Source of the DNA: Salinispira sp. | GTDB taxonomy: Bacteria; Spirochaetota; Spirochaetia; DSM-27196; Salinispiraceae | Direction of reading: 5' to 3' | Assembly (NCBI GenBank): GCA_965602015.1 | Contig: OZ271918.1 | Span: 704,001-768,000, forward strand | Length of the DNA stretch: 64,000 nucleotides | In this document: positions 17,260-26,177 of the stretch, piece after piece | Numbering within the stretch: the first letter of the stretch is position 1 | Layout of the letters: each line of letters starts with the position of its first letter | Position numbers and translations under genes: made by a program | Notes under the pieces: generated by a model | What the model was told of the DNA's origin: nothing | What the model saw: the letters and a program-made list of their open reading frames with translations, nothing else | Database searches by the model: none

Positions 17260-19209
17260 ATGCAGAGCAAGGCCGCAGAGAAACCCAATTCGCGAATCGC
17301 CAGAATCGCGAAGGTTCTATCATCGCCGTCAACGCCGCTGTATGAGCGGGGAAAAATTTTGATTCTCCACATTCTCGGCCTTCTTGCGGGGGCTTTTTTT
17401 GCGCCCATGGGCATCTCGGTCGTCCTCGCCGGCAGCATGGTTGACGGCGCAGTGCTATTCGGGATCAGTTTATTCCAATGGCTTTCGGTGGCATTTTTAT
17501 ATTTTTCAGCCAGCGTTTCCGACGGAGCGCGGCGGGCAAGTCTTCTTTCGGCAATCAGCATCACCATCGGCCTCATTTATGCGGTGGTGTTTGGCGGATA
17601 CCGGGGCTACGGAATGCTGTATGTGTTTCTCAGCCCGATTATTTTCTTTTATCTGCTTGGTTTCCGTTTCGGGGCGGTATTCACCCTCGCATTGAGCATG
17701 CTGATAGCGAGCTCGATGATATTTCCTCAGTTTCCCGTCCGATCTGTGCTGGAGCTGCCCTACCTTGTACGCATTCTTATCCTCTACATATTGCTCAGCG
17801 CGATTACTGCGGCCATAATTTATGTCTTCAGGCAAAGTCAGGGAAGGCTAGCCCGTTTTGCGTTTTATGATGATATGACTGGACTGCCGAACCGTTACCG
17901 CATACGAGACGCAATCAATCGGCTGCTGACTGAGGGTAAGGCCGGGCGGGGAGCATTTGTAGTCTTTTTTATTTCCCTCAATAAGTTCCGCCATATAAAT
18001 GATAACTACGGATACCAGGTGGGCGATGAGGTAATAAAGCTGTTTTCCCGTCGAATAAGCGCTTTGGTGCCGGAGGACTTTCTCTGCGGCCGATTCGGCG
18101 GGACCAACTTTTTAGTTGCCCTCCCTGCATCCCGGGTACCGGATCCCCTGGCCTTTTGTGAGCAGGTTCACGCCCTCGTCGCAAAGCCCTTCGAGCTTGA
18201 GGAGCTGAGCATCCCCCTGCTGACCAATATCAGTTATCTCGAGTACCCGAAGGTACGCCAGTCCATCTGGGAAGATGACGGACTGCAGGCCCCAGACTGG
18301 ATAGACGCCGACTGGATTTTTAAAAACCTCGAGGTAGCCCTCGATTCCCTGGACCGGAAAAGCGGAGGGCATACGGTCCGCTACGATTCGGAGGGCCACC
18401 GGGCGGTGAGAAAGCGCTACCTCATGGCTGAAGCCCTGCGCCTGGCGCTGGATAGGGGAGAAATCAGCCTGCATTATCAGCCCATCGTGGCTGCACAAGA
18501 TAGATCGGTGCGCAAACTCGAGGTCCTGGCGCGGTGGAAATCCGCCAGCTTCGGGTCGATTTCTCCTGCCATTTTTATACCGATGGCGGAAGATCAGGGT
18601 CTAATTCGGGAAATATCAGAGTATTTGTTTGCCACAGCCTTCTCCCATATACCCCGGCTTGATGAAGCCAACAAGCAGGCGCCCCTTACAATGAGCCTGT
18701 CGCTGAATCTCAGTCCGGTGAGTCTGTACAGCCGGAATTTCAGCGCCTTGTTTAATGCATTAATGAAATCCCACGGTATTCCCACATCCCGCATTGAGCT
18801 TGAGATAACCGAGTCCCTCCTTCTCAAACAGGATCCCATGGTCATGGAAAACTTGAATGAGCTCATAAAAATGGGCGTCGCCCTGGCATTGGATGATTTT
18901 GGTACGGGATACAGCAGCCTCAGCTACCTCCAGCGTTTTTCCGTCAGCACGCTCAAAATCGACCGGAGTTTTATTGCGACGGTCAAACACCGGGAATCTT
19001 CCCGGGAAATCGTGCGTGCAGTGCTTGCAATGGCCCGAAGCCTGGGCATCAGCACCGTGGCCGAAGGCGTGGAAAATGCTGATCAGTGCGATTTCCTCAA
19101 GCAGGAGGGCTGCAATTACCTGCAGGGCTACTATTTTGCCAAGCCAATGGAGTTGAACCGACTTCTTCCCTGGCTTGAAAGCTGGAACTCCGGTCAGAAC
19201 AACGGCTAA
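17260..19209 (+). CDS. Membrane-anchored degenerate-GGDEF/EAL protein, probable c-di-GMP phosphodiesterase
   Basis: 5-6 TM helices; GGDEF replaced by GGTNF; EAL motifs EVLAR, ELEITE, DDFGTGYSS, KIDRSF, EGVE and QGY are intact. Confidence 0.9.
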   Translation: MQSKAAEKPNSRIARIAKVLSSPSTPLYERGKILILHILGLLAGAFFAPMGISVVLAGSMVDGAVLFGISLFQWLSVAFLYFSASVSDGARRASLLSAISITIGLIYAVVFGGYRGYGMLYVFLSPIIFFYLLGFRFGAVFTLALSMLIASSMIFPQFPVRSVLELPYLVRILILYILLSAITAAIIYVFRQSQGRLARFAFYDDMTGLPNRYRIRDAINRLLTEGKAGRGAFVVFFISLNKFRHINDNYGYQVGDEVIKLFSRRISALVPEDFLCGRFGGTNFLVALPASRVPDPLAFCEQVHALVAKPFELEELSIPLLTNISYLEYPKVRQSIWEDDGLQAPDWIDADWIFKNLEVALDSLDRKSGGHTVRYDSEGHRAVRKRYLMAEALRLALDRGEISLHYQPIVAAQDRSVRKLEVLARWKSASFGSISPAIFIPMAEDQGLIREISEYLFATAFSHIPRLDEANKQAPLTMSLSLNLSPVSLYSRNFSALFNALMKSHGIPTSRIELEITESLLLKQDPMVMENLNELIKMGVALALDDFGTGYSSLSYLQRFSVSTLKIDRSFIATVKHRESSREIVRAVLAMARSLGISTVAEGVENADQCDFLKQEGCNYLQGYYFAKPMELNRLLPWLESWNSGQNNG

Positions 19210-19239
19210 GACCAATGAACAATACCTTGCATTGCGCAT

Positions 19240-19280
19240 AAAAAAACCCGCCGGAGAAACTCACGGCGGGCTACTTTTTT
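19240..19280. terminator. Bidirectional Rho-independent terminator
   Basis: AAAAAACCCGCCG...CGGCGGGCTACTTTTTT between convergent genes. Confidence 0.78.
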
Positions 19281-19315
19281 ACATAAACGTCTTTTTATTC
19301 GTTTTGACCGCTGTG

Positions 19316-20752
19316 TTAACCGTCGAGTTCCTGATTAGGAAAGAACTCTCCGTCCACCGCCACCCCGCTGGAGTGTATTTCTACCTCAATGGTCCGACTG
19401 CCGATTGAGTAGGTTCCTATGAGGACGCCCTGCTCATAGGTGCCGGTGAATCGCGCGCTGCTTCCCGGAATGGTAAATTGCAGTCCGTCCTCGCGATTGA
19501 GATGATTCAGCGTAATATTCACCGTATCACCTGCGCTGCGGCCGCTTACCCTCCCGATCAGTGTAGTGACAAGCGAGGTAGTTCCGTCAACCGGGTCGCG
19601 GGTGAGTTCGACGGTATATTCATCCCCGCTGCCATTGCGGAGGGATTCCAGAGTGCCGCTAAAATTACCGCTGCCTACGGCGGTTTCCACAATGTTTACC
19701 CGTGTTTCGTTGCGGGGCTGGGTGTCCGAATCGATTGAACTGAGTCCGCTGCGATATGATTTTTCCGAGCTGATATATTCCCGAAGACCGCTCAGGGCAT
19801 CTACGCTGCTGTCCCGCTCTATCAGGAACGCGCTGGTCCACCACAGTCCTGCCTGCTCGCCGAGGGAACGGTAGATGTATTGCCCGGTTGAGAGGTTTTC
19901 GCTGAACCGCGTTACATAGCTGGTGTTCGCGAACCAACTGGACTCGCTTCGGAAGTTTATGCTGCTTGCCTCTATTTCATCAGAAGCATTCGTGTGTTCG
20001 GTGTAAAACTCCTCGGATTCGATGGTGATAAATCCGGGTATGCTGGTGCTGCTGTGAGCCGAATAGGTTGCTCCGGCATCAGAAGCAGGCTGCAGATCGG
20101 CGGCGTCACCGGTATACAGCTCTTTGAAGGACAAAACATCTGCCTCTACGGCAATGTGCTCATACTGAACCGGCGAAGGAGAATAGGTGGTGGCCAGAAT
20201 GGTCTGTGTACCCAGGCTGCCGTCGGTGAACGCCACACGTATGTCCTCATATCCCCATTCGGAGAATGCGGCGTCTGCGTAGTTTGACCAGCCCGTGTCG
20301 CCGCTTTGAACGTAGTAGGTTTCCTGCTGATATGCCACGTCAAAGTTCGCCAGGGGGAATACCCGGAGGACGATCTTGAACCCGCCGGTTACCGGCTCCA
20401 TGGTAAACCGCGCCCGGTTGCTGCTGTTTTCGTAAAAATTGGCAAGCGGGGTGTCTTCTCCGATGGATATGCTGTTGTTCCCTGTTCCGCCGTTGGCGGC
20501 ATAGGTATCCGCAGGAGTGTCGCCACTGGCCACAGCTCCGCCGCTTCCCGGCCCGGGATTCACCGTGCGGCTGAGTACGTCCTCGCTATTGGATCCCAGG
20601 TAAAAACCCGCAGATATGCCGCTGAGAAGGAACTGGGCTCCTGCAGCATCGGACGCAACTTCCACCGGATTTGTGAAACCGGACTGGCCGCAGGAAGCCA
20701 TGAGAATTATTCCCGCAAGTAAAATTATGGATAGTATTTTGATATTTTTCAT
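19316..20752 (-). CDS. Hypothetical lipoprotein, Ser/Thr/Gly-rich with beta-strand character
   Basis: Signal and lipobox MKNIKILSIILLAGIILMASC; GAGG upstream; no family recognised. Confidence 0.78.
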   Translation of the reverse strand: MKNIKILSIILLAGIILMASCGQSGFTNPVEVASDAAGAQFLLSGISAGFYLGSNSEDVLSRTVNPGPGSGGAVASGDTPADTYAANGGTGNNSISIGEDTPLANFYENSSNRARFTMEPVTGGFKIVLRVFPLANFDVAYQQETYYVQSGDTGWSNYADAAFSEWGYEDIRVAFTDGSLGTQTILATTYSPSPVQYEHIAVEADVLSFKELYTGDAADLQPASDAGATYSAHSSTSIPGFITIESEEFYTEHTNASDEIEASSINFRSESSWFANTSYVTRFSENLSTGQYIYRSLGEQAGLWWTSAFLIERDSSVDALSGLREYISSEKSYRSGLSSIDSDTQPRNETRVNIVETAVGSGNFSGTLESLRNGSGDEYTVELTRDPVDGTTSLVTTLIGRVSGRSAGDTVNITLNHLNREDGLQFTIPGSSARFTGTYEQGVLIGTYSIGSRTIEVEIHSSGVAVDGEFFPNQELDG

Positions 20753-20950
20753 TGTGCACCTCACGAAACCGGACAACTCCTACTTTAGAGAGTTCTTCGA
20801 TTCTATACTGTGATAATAGTATGAATTTCGAAGGATTTCATGTAAAAACCATTGGTAAACCCGGAGAAATCGCCGGTTTTGCGTGTGAAATATTGACTTT
20901 TATGCATAATGCATGACTCATGCAGAGGCCATAGCCGGCGGATATCCCGG

Positions 20951-22336
20951 CTATCGGGTCAATAAAAGCCGATCCATGGTCTTTGCGCTGGATGCCAGGT
21001 AACGGTACGCCGCGGCTGCGGCAATCATTACAGAAAGCAAAAAGCTCAGCCCAGCCGGAACAGGAAGAGGCAAGAGTCCGAAGTAAAACAATGCTTCTAA
21101 GCCCAGAGTCAGCACCAGGTTGAGGGTGAAAAACAGGACTGCCGAGACCAGGGCGAGGCGGTATAATTCGAAGTAGTATAAATAGTTAATGACAGTCATA
21201 AACCCCAGAAGAAAAAACACTCCCGCCGAGCTGATTTGAAACAGAGTCGGTGAGATTGCCTCTCCGCTAAAAATGCTCGAGGCCAGCAGAATGGCCACCA
21301 GGACTATTCCTCCTTGAAACAGCTGCTGGTTTGCCAGCTCCCGGTTCATGCTGCGTATCATGGCGAATTTGCTTTGCTGAATTTGCGCATAGCTTCCCCT
21401 GGTAAGGGTGATGAGGAACTTTCGCAGGTAGGTGTAAAACCCCGTCTCGCCGAAGATAACGAAGTAAACCAGGCCGGGTACCATTATGAGATTAGCATAG
21501 TACACCACCTGATCGTAGGCGGGGTAAATTGTGAGCATGCTGCCTTCGATCCGGCTTCCCCGGGTAAACCAATAGATTATTTTGTCGGCCCAGATTGCCG
21601 CGTTGGCAAGGGTTCCCGCCGCGATGAGGTCCCGGTATCGCCAAAGGTAATCCGCAATGTCGCTCCAGCCTTGGCCGGATGGGGAAGGCTTGTAGGCCCG
21701 AAGCCCGATGATCAGCAGCATCGCCGCAATCAGGAAATGCCCGACGGCAAAACCCATCATCGCCCCGCCGAGGCCGGCGCTTTGACCCCACAGCCAGATG
21801 AGCAGCACGGCGATCGCCATGCCGAAGGCCATTAACCACAGAATGCGCCCGTACCAACGCAGGAGGCTGGTGTACAGCAAAATGAGCCATATTAGATTAA
21901 TACTGAGATAAAACAGTACCGAGGCCAAGCGGAACAGCCCGGGACGGGAAATGCCCTCATAGGGCGCCGTCAAAATCGTGGGAAGCGAAAGGACAAGGGA
22001 TGCCGCGGCGGTGAAAAGAATAAACCACAACAGAAGTCTCGATGCCTCATTCTCCCGTTCCTCCCAGATCAGGTCGGCGATCAGTCTGGTGAACAGCAGG
22101 TGGACCGGGCTGAATAAGACCAGCGAGCTCGAATAACTGTAGATGAGCTGACCGACGAACAGTCCGCTGTTTTCCGCCATTACCAGGGAGAGGTAACGAT
22201 TTATGAGGCTCAGGGTAATTATTGAAAGTATCCAGGGGCCGGCGACAATCATTATGCCGCTGAGCGCCGCCTGAAATGTTGAGCCAAGCTCGCCGCGGGA
22301 AATGACCTTGCGAAGGGTGAAGCCGATTCCCGCCAT
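20951..22336 (-). CDS. pelG: Pel polysaccharide exporter PelG
   Basis: N-terminus MAGIGFTLRK, plus AGPW, TRLIAD, IWADKII, YPAYD and ETGFY; about 12 TM helices. Confidence 0.92.
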   Translation of the reverse strand: MAGIGFTLRKVISRGELGSTFQAALSGIMIVAGPWILSIITLSLINRYLSLVMAENSGLFVGQLIYSYSSSLVLFSPVHLLFTRLIADLIWEERENEASRLLLWFILFTAAASLVLSLPTILTAPYEGISRPGLFRLASVLFYLSINLIWLILLYTSLLRWYGRILWLMAFGMAIAVLLIWLWGQSAGLGGAMMGFAVGHFLIAAMLLIIGLRAYKPSPSGQGWSDIADYLWRYRDLIAAGTLANAAIWADKIIYWFTRGSRIEGSMLTIYPAYDQVVYYANLIMVPGLVYFVIFGETGFYTYLRKFLITLTRGSYAQIQQSKFAMIRSMNRELANQQLFQGGIVLVAILLASSIFSGEAISPTLFQISSAGVFFLLGFMTVINYLYYFELYRLALVSAVLFFTLNLVLTLGLEALFYFGLLPLPVPAGLSFLLSVMIAAAAAYRYLASSAKTMDRLLLTR

Positions 22337-23832
22337 TACGCCTCTCCTCCAGGGGCCATCTCGTCATGCGCAACCATGTCGCTTGTCGCCTCATCGACTG
22401 CAGCCCCGGCAGGCGCCTCTTCGGTCTTTAACTCGGAAGGTATCAGTTCCCGATAGAGCTCCCGGTATCTCTTGTGCAAATCGTACTTGTCATAGAGCTC
22501 ACGGACCTTCTGTTTGTTTTTCTCCATAATTACGGCCATTTCCTCTGGATGTTCGTAGATGTATTTCACGCCGCGGGCGAGTTTGGCCGAATCCTTCGAA
22601 GGCGCGATGAAGCGATCGTCATAATCCAGCATCTCGGCGACATTCCCAACCCTGGTGGACACAACAGGCACTCCCGCGGACCAGGCTTCCAGGATTACCA
22701 GCGGTTGGGCTTCCCGGATGCTTGTCAGCAGCATGACATCGAGAAAATTGTAGTATTCCAAGACGTTCTGCCGACCGGTAAAGTGAAACCGGTCCTCTAT
22801 CTGCAGGCTTTTTACCAGCTTGACGCATTCTTCGTAATAGGCAGGGTCTTCATCGGTCGGACCGATTGCGAAGACCTGGGAGCCGGGGATTTCATCCAGA
22901 ACGATCTTGGCAACGGCTATGTAGGTCTTGATGTCCTTTATCGGTACTATCCTGCCTACCAGGCCGACCATAAATCCGTCTTTTTTGACCCGTTCGACAG
23001 AGGAAAAACGCTCGATATCGATGCCGTTGGGAATAACGACGGTATTGGCCGGACTGGCGCCGAGTTCGATCTGCTTTTGACGATTTTCCTCGAAGAGGGC
23101 GGTGACCATGGTTGCTGATTTGTAGCAGATGGTGCTCAGCTTATTATAGATTTTTATCCACATGTCCCGTTGGTAGCCCCTGACAAAATCCGCCTTGCGA
23201 ATCTCGATTTCCCGCTCCTTGTGATACAGGCCGTGCTCGGTCAGCAGGAAGGGTTTTTTATGACGCCTTTGAGCCGCCAGGGCGACCAGGCCGGCAAATC
23301 CCGTGGAAACCGCGTGATACAGGTCAGCCTCGGGAGCCGGCGCTGCAAGCACATTAAACAGCATCTCATGGGAAGCCTTCCAGGCCCAGAAATAATCGGA
23401 GAAGGGATACAGGGGATTGCGCTCCTGGTTCGAGTCGACGATGAGCTCCCAGGATTTATCTTCCTCCACCGCCGTCCGGCTTAAGGAGGCCCCCTCGGGT
23501 ATCAGGTCAATCATGGCATCCAGGCTCGGCGCCCCTCCGGAAAACATTTCCCGGTGGTTTCCTCGTATTTCCGTCAGGAGCCGGTCCGTGTCCAGGGATG
23601 CTCGGTCGCTTCCCACCGCCTGGGTGAGGATGATATCCCGGTTTTCCACCACGTTCTTTGGCAAATCGTAGCGCAGGGGCTGATCGGGTTCGGGGCTTAT
23701 GGTGAAGAGCACAAAGTCTATTTCCGGAAGGTTGATGATGAGGTCATGCACCCAGGCGCTTACGCCCCCGGTTATATACGGATATGAGCCTTCAAGGACA
23801 ATGCAGACCCGCATTCGCCGCTTATCCATCAA
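22336..23832 (-). CDS. pelF: GT4 glycosyltransferase PelF
   Basis: LEGSYPYITGGVSAW, HAVSTGFAG, LTEHGLYHKER, GRIVPIKDIK and EAQPLVILEA. Confidence 0.94.
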   Translation of the reverse strand: MMDKRRMRVCIVLEGSYPYITGGVSAWVHDLIINLPEIDFVLFTISPEPDQPLRYDLPKNVVENRDIILTQAVGSDRASLDTDRLLTEIRGNHREMFSGGAPSLDAMIDLIPEGASLSRTAVEEDKSWELIVDSNQERNPLYPFSDYFWAWKASHEMLFNVLAAPAPEADLYHAVSTGFAGLVALAAQRRHKKPFLLTEHGLYHKEREIEIRKADFVRGYQRDMWIKIYNKLSTICYKSATMVTALFEENRQKQIELGASPANTVVIPNGIDIERFSSVERVKKDGFMVGLVGRIVPIKDIKTYIAVAKIVLDEIPGSQVFAIGPTDEDPAYYEECVKLVKSLQIEDRFHFTGRQNVLEYYNFLDVMLLTSIREAQPLVILEAWSAGVPVVSTRVGNVAEMLDYDDRFIAPSKDSAKLARGVKYIYEHPEEMAVIMEKNKQKVRELYDKYDLHKRYRELYRELIPSELKTEEAPAGAAVDEATSDMVAHDEMAPGGEA

Positions 23833-24598
23833 TGACCTCCCCGGTCCAGAATCCGTACAGCTCCGCGTCTTTTTGGCCGAGCAGGGAGGGATCGATGAGG
23901 TCTATCATTTCGGCGATATTCCCGGAATCCCGCCGGGCGAACGCCGCTTCCAGTTTAAGCATCCTCAAAGATGTGAGCAAATCAGGTCTCAGCCGGGCTG
24001 CCCGGTCGAGAACTTCGCGGCACTGGTCGTGCAGATCAAGGGCCAGCAGGATGTGGGTAAGCCTCCGGTAATCCGCAGCATCCGGGGCACCTATTCGCCA
24101 CAGGCGCTTGCAATACTGATACGCTTCACTCAGGTAGAAATTTCTCAAGACTTGTCGCACCCGATTGATTTTCGCCAGCTCGGCGTACTGTTCGATGAGG
24201 CCGCGAAGGATTTTTTTATCCTGCGGCCGGACTTCTAGCCGTTCTTTGAGGCTTTGGATTCTCGTGTTATAGCGGTTTTCGATGGCGTTGATGCTCTCTG
24301 CGGCAAAAAGGGCGACCTCGGGATCCGGATCATTTATCAATTTTCCCAGAATTTCCATGAGAAGCATGATGGTCCCGATATCCAGTCTCCGTCGGGCCAG
24401 AATGCGGTCGATTTCCGCCAGGTCGTACGGTTCCTCGAAAATCGGGCGAACGTTAACCGACTTGGTCACGAAGGCGGCGGGGGGGAGAAGGCCGTTTTCC
24501 ACGGCAATCAGAGCGGTCCGCTGTGTCCGGGGGCGGTACATCTCATTGGAGTTTTTTATATACCGGTATGATTCGTGATGCAGATTATGGAAGATCAT
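23822..24598 (-). CDS. PelE-like HEAT/TPR protein
   Basis: Lies between the pelD-like gene and pelF with overlapping start/stop codons; HEAT-like DPDPEVALFAAESI followed by TPR-like helices. Confidence 0.65.
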   Translation of the reverse strand: MIFHNLHHESYRYIKNSNEMYRPRTQRTALIAVENGLLPPAAFVTKSVNVRPIFEEPYDLAEIDRILARRRLDIGTIMLLMEILGKLINDPDPEVALFAAESINAIENRYNTRIQSLKERLEVRPQDKKILRGLIEQYAELAKINRVRQVLRNFYLSEAYQYCKRLWRIGAPDAADYRRLTHILLALDLHDQCREVLDRAARLRPDLLTSLRMLKLEAAFARRDSGNIAEMIDLIDPSLLGQKDAELYGFWTGEVIDG

Positions 24599-26001
24599 AT
24601 TCTCTGCATCTCCAGAAGATTTTCCGCCTGATTCAGCAGTTCATCGGCGTCTCCGCTTCCCTGTAGATGGGCGTGACCGATGATGAGTTCGAGGGGGGCC
24701 GAATGCCCCTTGATTTCCCAGGGAGTCGAGTTTGCGAAAGATAGGATGTCGAGAGACAGCATGGATGTGCCGTCCAGGTCGGTGTTGGGACACACAAGGG
24801 CGATCTGGGTGTCCCTGCGGTAGTGGAAGTAGTAGCGTTCCCGCTTGTCGCTTTCGTCGATCTGCTTGATGAGCCGGAGGATCAGCCGTTTGACATCGTC
24901 GAGCTCGAAATCCTGAAGGAGCCGGTCGATGTTGGTGATCTCGGCAATAATGACGCTGATATTACTGTCGCTGATGCCGCTCCGCTCAATTTCCCTGGAC
25001 AGCACTGCCCGGAACTGACTGTACAACGGCAGCCCGGTAATTTCGTCGGCTTCCTGTTTCTGAAACATCCGCTCGTATTCGATTGCGTGCTGCAAAAACG
25101 GCTGGACGAGTTTCGCGATGATTTGCAGAACCTTCTCGCTGTACTCGCTGTACTGGGTGAAGGGCAGGGCTTCGATATTGAGCACTCCCCAGGGCCTGTT
25201 CTCTATCATTATCGGGACGGTGATTATGCTGCGGTCTTCATCGAGCTTCTGAAGAAACTCGTTACCCAGAATCATGCGGTATGAGAAAAAGCTTCCGTTC
25301 CGGATTACCCAGCCCTCAATGCTGTCGTTGACCGAAAGAACCGATTGCCCGGGGGCATTTTCATTCCACCCCTTTGTCACCACAAGGCGGAGCTGCTGCA
25401 CCGAAGGATAGTACTCCCAGACCGAGGACTGTTCGGCCCCGATGAACATTTCTACGGTATCCAAAAGCACCGTCAAGGTGTCGCGGACGCTGACATTTGA
25501 GAATTTGCCCATCTGATTGTACAACAGACTCATGGAACTGGTTTGGCCTGAGACCCGGTTTTCCAGTACGCCGTTGCTTTCAAATAGTGCTTCGCTCTTG
25601 CGTTTGAGGGCCCAGTTCGTCTTTGCCAGGCTGCGCATCCGCTCACGAAGGCCGCGGTTGCGGTTTTTTTCTATTTGGACTATTCCCCCGAAAATGAAGC
25701 TGAAGAGAATGGTCAGGGGAAATGAGACTCTGAGCACTTCTACCAGGCTAAAAAGTGAGTCCGCCGCTCCCGGGGCTCCAGACAGCAGAGTATGCGCCAG
25801 AAACAGGACCATTGCGACCAGCACTACGGATATCACCCCCATTTTTATGCTGTAAAATGCGGCAATCAGCGGGGGAATGAGCAGGTAGGGCAGGGCAAAG
25901 GCCTCGGCGAAGATCGCCGAACCCGGTGTGAGGACATCGATGATAAATACAATGGCGCAAAGGGCGGCTATTTCCAGTGTTCGCCGCAGGAGTCTTGGCA
26001 T
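24595..26001 (-). CDS. PelD-like protein (3-4 TM helices, coiled coil, GAF, degenerate GGDEF)
   Basis: Hydrophobic N-terminus; GAF-like VPIMIENRPWGVLNIEALPF; GGDEF start DEITGLP without an active site; first gene of the pelDEFG-like operon. Confidence 0.78.
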   Translation of the reverse strand: MPRLLRRTLEIAALCAIVFIIDVLTPGSAIFAEAFALPYLLIPPLIAAFYSIKMGVISVVLVAMVLFLAHTLLSGAPGAADSLFSLVEVLRVSFPLTILFSFIFGGIVQIEKNRNRGLRERMRSLAKTNWALKRKSEALFESNGVLENRVSGQTSSMSLLYNQMGKFSNVSVRDTLTVLLDTVEMFIGAEQSSVWEYYPSVQQLRLVVTKGWNENAPGQSVLSVNDSIEGWVIRNGSFFSYRMILGNEFLQKLDEDRSIITVPIMIENRPWGVLNIEALPFTQYSEYSEKVLQIIAKLVQPFLQHAIEYERMFQKQEADEITGLPLYSQFRAVLSREIERSGISDSNISVIIAEITNIDRLLQDFELDDVKRLILRLIKQIDESDKRERYYFHYRRDTQIALVCPNTDLDGTSMLSLDILSFANSTPWEIKGHSAPLELIIGHAHLQGSGDADELLNQAENLLEMQRI

Positions 26002-26177
26002 ATGTCTATTGTAGGGATATTATCCGTCGATTAAAAGAGAAAAGGCTCATTGGTCTTCCATGCAGTATTTGTCGGATTGCTCCGGGAAGAATATACTGTT
26101 TGCTGATAGCAGCATGGGACCGCGGTTCCTGTGAAAATAAAAAAACAACCCGGGCACCATCTCATAGGGGTATTTTA

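Noticed and set aside
20900..20930. Clustered ATGCAT palindromes after pelG
   Set aside because: Short and low in complexity; no family or function can be supported.
25977..26177. Long N-terminal extensions in the ORF track (also 32194-32409, 52560-52757 and 56787-57050)
   Set aside because: They overlap neighbouring genes or promoters; downstream starts fit the signal peptide, RBS or family N-termini better.
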